This document shows, piece after piece, positions 50,198 to 62,258 of a DNA stretch of 64,000 nucleotides. Position numbers and translations under genes: made by a program. The stretch comes from Cetorhinus maximus (taxonomy: Eukaryota), in assembly GCF_964194155.1 (NCBI RefSeq), contig NC_135900.1, positions 20,336,001 to 20,400,000 of the forward strand, written 5' to 3'. The number at the start of each line of letters is the position of its first letter. The stretch's first letter is position 1. The notes beneath the pieces were generated by a model. It was not told where the DNA came from and ran no database searches. It saw only the letters and a program-made list of their open reading frames with translations.

Positions 50198-51144
50198 TGA
50201 AGAATTTATGCATAAAGATACAGTTGAGCCTTAAAGCGGCATGGTTCCACAATTTTCCATAATGACATAAGTATCCGTATCATCAAATTGAGTATTGCAA
50301 AAGAGAAATGCCATGATGAGTTGCTTTCATTTGGATTTTGCGAAATTCTGTTGTCCTTGTTAGTTTGAATTCATGAATTATACAAATAAGCTCATGCTTT
50401 GGCAGACACAAAGTGAAAAAAATGACGTCAGCCCCAAAATGATTCGACCCATATAACACTTGTTGTGCACAATTCTTAGGCATCCCTTTGCACTGCTACC
50501 AGATGATGATTGATGTGCCTTGTTGATTTATGTAGTGTCTATTAAGTAGCTGCAACTACGTCTATAGAAGCTATTGTATGAACAACTTGTAGCATAACTT
50601 GGACTCTAAAAGCGTCAAGGGGTACGGGGAGAGTGTGGGAGTATGGCTTTGAGATAGAGGATCAGCCATGATCATATTGAATGTCAGAGCAGGCTCGAAG
50701 GGCCGAATGACCTATTCCTGCTCCTGTTTTCTGTGTTTCTATGTTTCTAACAGATTTATCAATAAAAATAATAGTACAAAATTATGAAGTATGCTTTGCT
50801 TTAAAAGTTATCGTGGATCTGCTAGTCTTTGATCGCTGGGGATTGAAACAATTTTCTTATTATTCCTTTTTCCCTATGATTATATTCATCCTGAAAATGG
50901 ACAAAAAAATAGAAGCTGTTTGGTTAATTGAATTTTTCTATGTTGCATTTTGAATATTTGGGATTCTTAAGTTCTGTTCTTTCCCAACCCCTCCCCTTTC
51001 TTTGAGAGAGACTTGATGGAGTGATTGTTTTGTACACAAAATCTCAGCAAGAGAAACTAAAAATTTCAAAACAGAGTCTCTTCCTCAAACTAAGATTGTC
51101 CTGAAACAGCTTATAATTTTCTCTTAAGAAATATGGAAATGAGA

Positions 51145-51580
51145 GATGTGTATTTATGTAGCACCTTAAAGCTATTCCAAAGAGCTTTATTTTTAAAGTG
51201 TAGTCACTGTTGTTATGCAAGAAACATGTCATCCAACTTGTACACTGCAAGCTCCCACAAATAGCATTATGATACTAACCAGAGAATCTGTTTAATTTTT
51301 TTTAGTTGGGGGAATGTTGATTGTGGGGTAAATATTGGCCAAGGCAGAGGTAACTCTCCTGGTCACCTTTGAAATAGTGCAGTGGGATCTTTTACATCCA
51401 CCTAAGAGGTCAGGCGAGGTCTTGGTTTAATGTTTGATCCAAAAGATGGCATCTCTCTAACAGTGTAGCACTCCCTCAGTACCGCACTGAATTTCAGCCT
51501 GGATTTTTGTGTTCAAGTTATGGAGTGGTACTTGAACCCTCAACCTTCTGACTAGGAGGTGAGAATGCCACAGCTGACGC
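51145..51580 (-). mobile_element. Deu-domain SINE (SacSINE1/AmnSINE1-like), near full length
   Basis: tRNA-like head on the minus strand (GTCAGAAGGTTGAGGGTTCAAGT). Central gggatcttttacatccacct...acagtgtagcactccctcagtac resembles the Deu domain. Related fragments at 18300, 25230-25480 and 55205-55420. Confidence 0.7.
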
Positions 51581-51676
51581 TTAGATGAAAATGTATATTT
51601 TTTTAAAATGCTGAAATCGTTAATGAATGCTAAAACTGTACACTGATATTTACAAAATCTAATGCTTTGTTCTTAG

Positions 51677-51740
51677 GTGAAAAATTGGGTGAAAGAATTG
51701 CGGAAAATGTTGGGAAATGATATTTCTTTATGTATAGTGG
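51677..51740 (+). CDS. RAB21: RAB21 exon 4
   Basis: ttcttAG acceptor; VKNWVKELRKMLGNDISLCIV(G); donor G|GTAAGT; 64 nt. Confidence 0.96.
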
Positions 51741-54121
51741 GTAAGTGTTCATCTCTTTGTCAGCAAATAAATCACATTTATTGTTTCCAGATTGGGTAAT
51801 GGCCTGAATTTTAGTTTGCAGGTGTGTTCTATATTGTAGGGGCTGAGGGTGCGTGTGCTGTTCTGAGGTCGTGTAACCTTGGAAGCATGAGTTTTCTGGG
51901 TTTTGAATTTTTTTTTCTCTATTGGTCCCTGCCCACAGCCAGCCTGACAGTCTGTTTGATAGCAAAACCTACATCACAAGATTGCAGCTGAGTTGCTGTG
52001 TGAGCTGTTGTCAGGGTGGTTTTGGGGGGTTATTGTGGGAGAGCTAACTAAGGGGGTTGGGGAGTGGAGTAGGAAGAGAAAGATTGCAAGAAGGGAGGGG
52101 GAGTGGGCGATGAAGAAACATTGAAGGAGAGTTGGTTGGGAATGCGGGCTTTACTTGGTAACTCGTTGGGCCTGCAAAAAGTATTTGTCCTCCTAGCCCA
52201 CAAGCTGTGCTATAAAGGCATTTATTCCATGATTTGGCCCTTCCCATCTCCTTTTACCTGCCAAATTTCCCGAGGCCTGGAAGTCAGACCACCTGTGATT
52301 AAAAATAAATAGAATCATTGTTAGAGTGAAGGCACGTGTCCTCATCAAAATATTTAAATGACCAACTTGCTTATTTTGTGTGTATTTGACTAAAAGTGTT
52401 TCACTTTTTTAGACCGTTACTATTTGTGGAGCAATAAGGTCACTAGATGCCCCCAAAATGATACATCTCATTGTCCACAGGACATTGATATGAAAATGCA
52501 ACCTCTGACCAGAAAGCTGGTCACTGAGCCAAATCCTTTGTTTTTTTAGGAATGCATGAGGGTGAGATTATCCTGGGGTATTTAAGCTAAGAAAAGGTTA
52601 AAAGATTCTCAGTTTTGTTTTAATGAAACATATTTTCCCGAACTTTTAAAAACATCTTGTATTTTAAAACACTACATGAGAAGATTTCTTCTATATATTA
52701 TTTTTAGCGAAATTGAAAATAGTCTTTTGCATGTATGATCTTGCTATGGGTATTGTCGAGAAGAATCTTTTCCCTACTGTCAAATGCCTTTTTGCACTTC
52801 TTATTTGCACGTCAAAAGATTGAGGAAGACATCTAGTACACTGGCCACACAATTATGCAAACTGTTATGCCATACACTCAGCTTGGTATAAATCTCAAGT
52901 TGCTTATGATATTAGTCACAAGGATAAAGGTTTTAAAAGTCTATCTTTATTAGTTTAAATCATCTTTTTAAAAAAAAACAGAAATTGAGCCAACTTTCAA
53001 TTTTATGTTGCATGAATATCAAAATATTTTTGATCACCAATCTAACATCTGCAGCACAACTAATAATTTGGTCATTAGCCATAGTCCACGAAGGACCGCA
53101 AGCAGCCTTGTCCATTAAAGAGAGATACAATTGGGTTACAGAGCTTGAGGAGCACCACTCCACGTTAAGCTTGGGGCAAGGCAAGGAGGCAGGCCTTTGT
53201 GCAAAATACTTTCAAGTGGACAAAATTTTCCCAATTTAGTGTAATTTTCAACTGAAAACTATTATCCATTATTATTGATGTGCCTGAAACTTGGTTAGAT
53301 ATTGTTGATGAATCCAAAGTGGAGTTCAATGGTTAAAGGAAATTTGGTACATGGCTAGGGCATATTTCTGTAACTCCTTTGTTTTGTTTTCAAAAAAAGG
53401 TGATTAAGCTAGTGATGCTGTTCTTTTAAACTTTCTTAATCCTTGGATTCATATTTTAAGTAACAACATATTGAGAGTTGCAATCTTCCCACTGATGCAT
53501 GATTGTAAAAGTAAGTGAAATTTGAAGAATGGTAAGGTCAGAATCCAGTTTTTTTAACTTTAGAGTGGAGATGTGGCTTCCTTTTTAATGCATTACTAAT
53601 TTATGTTCCTATTTTATCCAAGTGAAATAGTTCTGACATTTTTTTCCAGTAAGTTGTCACCAGTGTTATAATTTAGGATTGCAATACAATGGTAACTGTC
53701 ATGAGTATCAAATTATCAAGCAGTGAGACTAATGTCCAAGTGTTAGAATTCTAACATGATCATGGGATTTGGATTTTGAAATAGCCAGAAACAAAAGTTC
53801 AGTTTAAGAACTTCATCTAAATCACAAGATTGCGATCAGCCCTCCAACAATATGCCCTCAGTGAGTGTGTTTTGTACTTGAGCTAAAACTTCTTTGAAAC
53901 TGTAGTGTACTAATGAATGATTTAAGGTAATTATATCAGACATCAAGCATAATAAAGTAATATTCTTTGCCTTTATAAAGATATCTGTAAATGGACTACA
54001 GTGTTTTCCAGTTGTGCTTTGTGATGAGTTTGCTCAAACCTGAGCCCAAATACCAAATAATTCTTTAAATTTTACATTGGATATTTTTACAGTTTAATTT
54101 ATAGACCAATTTAGAAAATGA

Positions 54122-54220
54122 TACAAAAACAGAAAATGCTGGAAAAGCTCAGCAGGTCTAACAGTATCTGTGGAAAGAAATGCAGAGTTAATGTTTCGAG
54201 TCTGTATGACTCTTCAGAGC
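54122..54220 (-). mobile_element. Solo Penelope-like terminal repeat fragment
   Basis: acaaaaacagaaaatgctggaaaagctcagcaggtct...gtttcgagtctgtatgactcttcag, homologous to the other terminal repeats. Confidence 0.75.
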
Positions 54221-54499
54221 AATGATACCGTGGAATAACTGCCATGGCCCACTGAGTCTAGCATTTCTACGCAATTTAAAATGAAAGTAGCAGGCTAGTG
54301 CAGCGGCACAGCTTCTTGGGTATGCCATGGAGCAGCAAGATGCAATTTAAAACCCAGGCTCGTTGCCAATGTAAACCAAGAGCTTATATATTTGCCCATA
54401 AGGGACAGTGTACTGGATTGGAAGTTTCCCTTACTACTTTTGTGTATTTCATCTTGGTGTGATCAAAAATACTAATTGGATGTTGTTAAGAGAAAATTT

Positions 54500-55205
54500 A
54501 ATGTTTTATAAGTTAAGAGTTTTGATGGAATGATATCCCCTCTGGTAGGGGAGGTGACAGGGAGTCATCTGTTTAAAATTGTTGCAAAAAAGAGTGAAGA
54601 GAGAAGTTAGCAGAAATCTCTTCACGTAGAAGATTGTTAGAGCATTGAATGCCTTGCCACAGGTAATGTTTGAGGCAGAGACCACTGCATTAATGCATCT
54701 TTTAAGGAAAAAGTGGTATGTGTTTGAAGTAGAAAAAAAAAACTCAGTTCTGGGAAGAGAGCATGGCAGTGGGATTAGTTTTGAACTGTTCTTGGGAACA
54801 GCTAGTGCAAGACTTGATGGGCCAAATATAAACATATATCTTCTCGTCTAGAGATATAATAAATAAGAGCAAGTGTAGGCCACTCTGCCCTGTGAGACTA
54901 CTGCATCATCCAGTATGATTGTGACTGGTCTTCTAACTCAACTCCACATTCCTGCACTTTCCCAAACCCCTCAATACCCAAACATCTATCGATCTCTGTC
55001 TTGAATATACTCAATGACTGAGCATCCACAGGTCTCTGGGGTAAAGAACTCCAAAAATAATGAAATTTCTCCTCACCTTCAGTCCTAAATGGCCAAGCTC
55101 TTTTTGTCGACTATGGCCTCTTAATTCTAGACACCTAAACCAGGGGAATCATTCTCCCAGCATCTACCCTATCGAGCCTCTTAAGAATCTTGCATGTTTC
55201 AATTA
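54500..55205. mobile_element. Two tail-to-tail CR1 3' remnants
   Basis: Plus-strand remnant at about 54500-54845; minus-strand tail gtaggccactctgccc...tcaactccacattcctgc at about 54870-55205. Confidence 0.6.
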
Positions 55206-55860
55206 AATGCTGTAAAAGACCTGCATTCGGATAGCACCTCTCACAACCATTAGATGTCCCAAAGCATTTTCATCAATGAATTACTTTTGAATTGTAGCCA
55301 CCGTTATAATGTAGGAAACTTGGCAGCCAACTTGCGTACAGCCAAATTCCCACAAACCGCAATATGATAATGACCACATAATCCATTTTTGTGACATTGA
55401 TTGAGGGATACTGGTATGAATTACCTTGTCTGCCATATCAAATCTGTTATTCACTATTTTCAGTGGTGAAAGTTTGAATTCCCATGCAACTGGTTTAAGC
55501 ATAAAGATTATCTGAATTTTCCAACAGTTTTATGATTGTTGAACTTTCTAAACATCTATATTGTCTCAAGTCTATTTCCAAAACTTACTTACATATAAGT
55601 ATGTAGGATTTTAATTATATAAATATCTTGAGTAAACACACATATATATTTAATTAATAAGTAAGTTTTTGGTTTTCATTATTAGACTGATGGAAGCATG
55701 GAATGGTAAAAATCCCAGAATCTTACTCTAAACAGAATTTGATCCTGATTTAAAAATAATTGGCCGTGATTTTAAAGATTAGTGGGCCCTTTGTGTATTA
55801 TAACTAATTAGAAAGCATTGTATTGCTGTAACTAATATTTTTGTGCTTTTTAAAAAACAG

Positions 55861-55915
55861 GTAATAAATTAGACCTTGAAAAGGATCGTCATGTATCAGT
55901 GGAAGAAGCAGAGGT
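55861..55915 (+). CDS. RAB21: RAB21 exon 5
   Basis: aaacAG acceptor; (G)NKLDLEKDRHVSVEEAE(V), containing the G4 NKxD box; donor GT|GTAAGT; 55 nt. Confidence 0.96.
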
Positions 55916-56021
55916 GTAAGTGCATAACAAATTCTATCATTCTCTAATTACACTGACTGTGTTACATAATCACCCTTTAATAATGTAGATACTTGACATC
56001 AACTGACTTACATTTTTACAG

Positions 56022-56110
56022 GTATGCGGAATCAGTTGGAGCAAAACACTTTCACACATCAGCCAAGCTGAACAAGGGAATTGAAGAACTATTTCTTGAT
56101 CTTTGTAAAA
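56022..56110 (+). CDS. RAB21: RAB21 exon 6
   Basis: 106-nt intron, ttttacAG acceptor; YAESVGAKHFHTSAKLNKGIEELFLDLCK(R), containing the G5 SAK box; donor A|GTGGGT; 89 nt. Confidence 0.96.
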
Positions 56111-56988
56111 GTGGGTGAAATTTTGCCTGTTATTTACTTGACATGATGTAATGGATGTTAAAAGTTTGGTTAAAAGTGTTAAAATCCCATTTAACTGTCA
56201 GGAGTAACAAAGGACTCTTCAACATTTCAAATGTATCATCTCCAATAATTCAAATGTCTGTTACAAAGTGCAAACACTACTTTGTATAAATTTTAAGTGG
56301 ATTATTAATTTTGGTGCAGAAATGTTACTGGAATGCTTTTATTCAAAATTTCAGCTGATTTTAACACATTTTGTTAGTCACATAGAAATGTTGAATGGGT
56401 GCAACCCTTTCCAAACATTGCAAAACATTTCTGACACATCCTTTTAGCTATTTTGATGTTTTGTTTCCAAGAAATGTTTTCAGTCTGTGAACTTCACTAT
56501 TTAGGCAACTTAGTCCCATCCCCCTTCTTAAGGTTCCTTTTTCTTCGTGTCCGCTTCTCTTTCACATGAATTCTGTTTCTACCACTATTTCTATTATAGC
56601 ACTCCATATCATAAATCTGCAAAAAACAAAAATTCTCCTACTGCCCCCCCACCCCCTCTTTATTCTTTTGTTGCTGATAAATTTATGCCCTCTGGTCATG
56701 TCATTCAAACCGCTCATCATTTTGAACACTTGTATCTGATATTCTCTAAACTTGTACTAAAGAAAAAAGCCCCAGTCTCTCTTGTCACTGCTCATAACTA
56801 AGGTCCTGTATGAGAGGTACCATTTTAGCGATCTATTCTGCATCTTCTTCATAATTTTCATGTGTTTTCTAAAGCAAGGAACAAAAACTGTGTGTACCAT
56901 TTTCTAATCAATGTTTTTCTTTTAAATATAGATTCAATGTTACCTCTACTTTTGTACTGAATGAGTTTTCTTTTTGTTCCATATTTAG

Positions 56989-57122
56989 GAATGATAGAAA
57001 CAGCTCAAGCAGAAGAAAGGGCAAAAGGCAATGGCAATGGCCAATCTGCAAACACAAGACGAGGTGTACAGATAGTTGACGATGAACCCCAACAACAGAG
57101 TAGTAGAGGATGTTGTTCTTAA
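56989..57122 (+). CDS. RAB21: RAB21 exon 7 (terminal)
   Basis: atatttAG acceptor; MIETAQAEERAKGNGNGQSANTRRGVQIVDDEPQQQSSRGCCS, stop TAA at 57120-57122; double-Cys prenylation motif. Total CDS 651 nt, 216 aa. Confidence 0.96.
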
Positions 57123-58326
57123 CTGACCAAAACTGTTGAGCTCTGTTTTTGAAATGAAGACTGCCATTTGCCACATCACATTTCTTATCAGCAGAATGTT
57201 AAGTGTTTTAAGATAAAACTCACCTTTATAGGACTAAAAGTGCTAAACAAAGTGGAATGTGTGACCAGAAGGTTTTTTTCCTCTTTTTTACACTTGTCTG
57301 AACAGAAATGATCAATGGCCTTTGTCATGAACCTTATTTAGAATTGTCTTTTTTAATTGAGAAGCTGTATAATTTGCATGAAGCATCTTAGTATGTAGAA
57401 GCTCTAATTGTATTGTCCTTTTAAAATCAGATCTCTATTATTTAATAACTTATGTACATGTGTTGAATAGTATGCATTTGACTGGTTTTGAACAATTACT
57501 AAATGTGCAAATTCAGTCAGATTTTATAGTTTGAGCAGGAATTTGCACAAGGCTCTCCCTATTACGAGTTTATTCCAATCTGTCCCTTTAATATGGTGAA
57601 AATATGCATAGAAATTTCATATTAAATATTTTGCCCATTTTACCATCCTTGTACATGTTATAAACTTTCAGTTTTTCCAAGAGCCTTTGTGAATAGGGAT
57701 TGAAAACATTTAAATAATGGCCCAGCTTTTGCTGTAACAAAGGATCTAATTGCAGCTGCTGTGAGATTTGTCCTTGCATGGCAAATTGCTGAAAGTGTGA
57801 ATTGATAATGCTGCTATGAGGAAAACATGGCGTCTGGGGCCTGAATGAACAGAGCAAGCAAGTAAATCTCCTTAACCAATCAGGTTGAAGGATTGAGGTG
57901 GGGTTGTGGGTGGATAAAGGAACAATGAAGAAGGAAGTGTAAATTACTGATGAATTCTATTTCAAATTAGATGGAGAAAGAAAGATTGGATTTAGAGGGG
58001 GAAGAAAAGAGACCAAGGAAAAGTACACTTAAAACAAAATTAAACTTTATATTTTTAAAATTGTTAGCAATTAATACCTGAAGTAATGCAATTCCACACT
58101 TTTAATAGTTAATTTTCAATGCCAGAGGTCATGGATGGCAATAATTGACAGATATTACATCTTTTAAAAGATATTTGCATTTGTAGTGACAAAAATTAAC
58201 TTTATGACAATTTTAGCTTGTGTGCAGTGTACAAATACAGCAACTTCACAGCATTCATTGCACATCAGTGATGAGGCAAACTGTGAAATGCCATTTTCAT
58301 GAAGTTAACTCAAACAGCAATTTTAA

Positions 58327-58545
58327 GAAACAAAAACAGAAAATGCTGGAAAAACTCAGCAGGCCTAACAGCATTTGTGGAGAGAAAAACAGTTAACATT
58401 TCTAGTCCATATCACTCTTCTTCAGCTCTGAAGATCTCAGTTAACTCTGTTTTTCTCTCCACAGATGCTGTTAGACCTGCTGGGTTTTTCCAGCATTTTC
58501 TGTTTTTGTTTCAGATTTCCAGCATCCACAGTATATTGCTTTTAT
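58327..58545. repeat. Inverted pair of Penelope terminal repeats forming a palindrome
   Basis: 58327-58397 is the near-perfect reverse complement of 58440-58512. Confidence 0.88.
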
Positions 58546-58713
58546 CCCAGCAACTTTAAGATATTGGTATTAACTATGGATCAGCTTCTCTCCTGAATTT
58601 GCTGTACCATGTATTCTTAAATAACAGCAAAAACCATTAGTCTGTTACTTTGATGGTAAAATCTGGGCCATTGTTTCTGTCAAAATACACTCCTCATCTC
58701 AACTATTATTTTA

Positions 58714-58719
58714 AATAAA
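58714..58719 (+). terminator. Candidate RAB21 poly(A) signal (another at 58969-58974)
   Basis: First canonical AATAAA seen after the RAB21 stop; an ATTAAA variant lies earlier at 57621-57626. Confidence 0.4.
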
Positions 58720-59319
58720 GGGGGTGAAATTGGTCTTTGGCAGGATGCCAACGGGCAGCAGCCCGTTTTGCACACAATCTGAAGACCAGTTTCAACTCCA
58801 CATATTTTTGGAGGTGAAGTTATGCTTTGCAAATTGACCCACAAAGGTCTGAAGAAATGTACAATTTGTTAAATGTTTTGTCTGCAGTGTCTGTGGGGAG
58901 AATGTTTTATTTGATTATGGTTTAAAAGTGCAATGCAAAATTTCTTACCTGTAAATCTAAATCAATGTAATAAATGCACTAAAGAGTCATCTGTTGTTCT
59001 AAGCACTGCTAGGTGTTTCCTTGACTGGGTTTTCTTGCATAATACATCATATGCATAGTATACCATATTAAGGGAATTGCAATGTATCTTAACCCATTTT
59101 GAAAAATGGATGTTGATTGTAACATAACTGCAGTGGTTATAAGGTAGGTTTTGATTGCTATGAACTGATCTTAAATCATTATTAGTGAAGTTAAGTATTT
59201 TACTAGCAAATGATCTCTGTAGTGAACATGTTCTAATCGTACTGCATTTTGGGCAGACGTGTCTAAGAACTGTGAAGCCATCTACCTCAAGCTGACCATA
59301 GAATGATCAAGTTTAACAG

Positions 59320-59675
59320 AGATGGTGGTAATGACTAGACTAGCAATCCAGAGGCCCAGGCTAATGCACTGGGGACAGGGATTCAAATCCCACCATGGCA
59401 GCTGGTGGAATTCGAATTCAATTAATAGTGACCATGAAACTATCACTGATTTGTCCTAAAAGCCCATCTGTTTTATTTAATGTCACTTAGGGAAAGAAAT
59501 CTGCCATGCTTACTTGATCTAGCGTACGTGTGACTCCATACCCACAGCAATGTGGTTGATTCTTAACTGCCCTCTGAAATGACTTAGCGAGCCACTCAGT
59601 TCAAGGGCAGTTAGGGATGGGCAACAAATGCTGGCCTTGCTAGTGATGCCCATGTCTCATGAAAGAATAAAGAAT
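59320..59675 (+). mobile_element. tRNA-derived SINE, longer variant
   Basis: B box GGATTCAAATCCC. Body ...gccctctgaaatgacttagcgagccactcagtt joined to the tail caagggcagttagggatgggcaacaaatgctggcc. Confidence 0.85.
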
Positions 59676-60564
59676 TTTTTTTTAATATAACTTTCAAGGG
59701 CTAAATTCGAGATGAGAAGATTTTAAAATAAATGGATTGAAGAGGGATATTCCCAATTGGAATATTCTTTAAAAAAATGGTGCTGGTCATCTTTAAAATC
59801 AGCAAGCTCAGACAAGCTATATCCTGAATGGATTATCAAACAAATAAAAAGAACAATAAGGAAGGAAAATTATGTCTACAAATTCTCCATCAAGGAGAAG
59901 GGGTTCACTGAAATGAATACAACATCACATATAAACAAGTTAAATGGGTGATCAGAATGGCCAAGAGAAACCTAGAAGAATATGCATATGTATCAACAAA
60001 TTGAAACAATAAAATATATCAATGTAGTAGAGCAGTGGCAGAGAATGCCTGTAGACATTAAAAGCTGCAATGAGTTTGAAATTCAGGATGGGCAAGTAAT
60101 AGTAAATATAATTGCATCATCCCAAGAGAAGATACAAGCAATATTTCTCCAGGGAAAAAGTATCAAGACAAAATTCAGGACTTTGATGTAAATGAGATGG
60201 AATACTTAGATAAACTGAAAAGATTTATCCCTGAATTTTGACAGGGACTTGCAAGAGACTAATAATCATTAAGAAATCAATGAACTCTGAAGATGCTTTG
60301 GCATTGCAAAATGGCTAATGCATGGGTTTCTATTTCAAAAAGGGTGACGAGCATGGTCAACTATGGAGCCATTATCCTTTTAGTTCTGCGTAACAATTTT
60401 GTTGATTATCAGGACTCAACTCGAGGATTATCACGGCAAAAGCAATCTAGTAAACTGGGGAACACTTCTTTAGACAACTTATTTAACTCATGTCTTTTAC
60501 CTAATAAAACATCCCAAGGTGTTTCACAGGAGAAATATAAAACAAAATGTGACATTGAGCTAGA

Positions 60565-60815
60565 TTTTTTTCTCATTCTTCATGGCATGTAGGCATCGCT
60601 GATGAGGCCAGCATTTGTTGCCCATCTACAGTTGTCCTCGAACTGTGTAGCTTGCTAGGCCACTTCAGAGGGCAGTTAAGAGTCAACCACTTTGCTATGG
60701 GTCTGGGGTCAAGTGTAGATCAGACTGGCTAAGGATGGCAGATTTCCTCCCCTAAAGGGCATTAGTGAACCAGATGTATTTTTACAGCAAATGATAGTTT
60801 CATGTTCAGTATGAT
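60565..60815 (-). mobile_element. tRNA-derived SINE body and tail; its head part appears again at 62195-62256, so the copy was split by later insertions
   Basis: ggccagcatttgttgcccatc...gagggcagttaagagtcaaccac...ggcagatttcc. Head remnant gaatttaaattccacc..catggtgggatttgaaccc at 62200-62256. Confidence 0.7.
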
Positions 60816-60892
60816 TGAGTCTAATGTTACAGACAGGAGATGGACAGTTCAAACTGCATTGATTTCCTCTTACCACCTGTCTGTAAGCAGAT

Positions 60893-61235
60893 AGAACCAT
60901 AGAAAAGTTACAGCACAGGAGGCCATTCGGCCCATCTTATCCATGCCAGCCTGAGGACACCCAGGTGCCCTTTCTAATTCCACCTTCCCGCACCCGGCCC
61001 ATAGCCCTGTAGCTAACAGCACTTAAAGTGCAGATCCAGGTACATTTTAAAAGAGTTTAGAGTTTATGCCTCTACCACCAACTTGGGCAGCGAATTCCAT
61101 ACACCCACTACCCTCTCCTTAAAAAATTTCTTCCTCATTTCCCCCCTTCACCTTCTGCCACTTATCTTGAATCTATGTCCCCTGGTTCTAGAACTCTCCA
61201 CCAGGGGAAACAATTTTATCCTGTCTACTCTATCA
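60893..61235 (-). mobile_element. CR1 3' tail fragment
   Basis: atagaaccatagaaaagttacagcacaggaggccattcggccc tail, followed by RGHRFKI-type coding remnant. Confidence 0.75.
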
Positions 61236-62258
61236 CCCCTCAGATGTTTTGAATTTTTAAAAAAAGAACACATGGTGGCCTGCGTTCCCAATTCCTCTTT
61301 TTTTGTGTGATCCAATTGTACTAATAATAAACAGCAAACCCGAGTTCGGATTAACTCGAAAGGTTAGTTTACACATTCAAAACCCAAAAAAAGGAGTGTT
61401 CATCACTTCCCACTCCAGTAAAAAGTTGGGGTAGCAAAAAGAAGTTTTGCAGTATAAAACCAAAGAAAAATGAATATTAGTTCACGTGAGTTCCAGACTC
61501 CAGAGGGTATTTCCTTTGTGGTGGAGTTCCATTCCAATGAGTTTCTGGTTGATTAAATGATACGAAAACCCTTGCAACAAATGATGCTGCTGCACGATAG
61601 ACCACGGTAAGCATTGGTAAACATTGATCAGAGACTTTTAGAATCAAGCAGGCTTTGTGGAGTTGAGACTGCTTATCCAGCCTGGCTGCTGGTGTTCTGT
61701 CCACATTTTCTCTCCATAATGACTTCAAAAGGGTTGTTTATCCAACGTCTGGAATTGGCTTTGATTTCGGGACTGAATATCTCATTAGTTGTTGAAAGGG
61801 GTGCCATCTATGTTGAGGGTCTGGTGTTTGGGAAGCCATTGTCTCACTGACTCCGATAGCAAGGTTGGCTTATCAAATGCAAATGCCATCCTTGTAGTTC
61901 TCTTCGAAACTGGTCTGAACAGTCCCAGGGTGGGATATGAACCTGTTGGTAGCTCTGTAGGCATAACAAGATGGACATTCCAGAAACTGAGAAAATAATC
62001 CTTTGCCCTTGAAGCTTCTGGGGATCGCTCCTGGAGGGATAACCTTTGATTAGGTAACTTGTAGCAGCCATCTTAATTTTTTTTTTGTTCAGAAAATGTC
62101 CAGTTTAAAATAAAAATAGCAATAAGGATAATGTGTTTTTAAATATACGGTGTTGGGTTTCTTTTCCGTGTCGTAGAAACCCAACGCTAGTTTTGTATAA
62201 TTGAATTTAAATTCCACCTGCTGACATGGTGGGATTTGAACCCATATCCCCAGAGAAG

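Noticed and set aside
60820-62190. Possible LTR-like or other insertion splitting the SINE; small inverted repeat ttacagacagg/cctgtctgtaa at about 60826-60886
   Set aside because: Termini and TSD could not be defined with confidence, so it is left unclassified.
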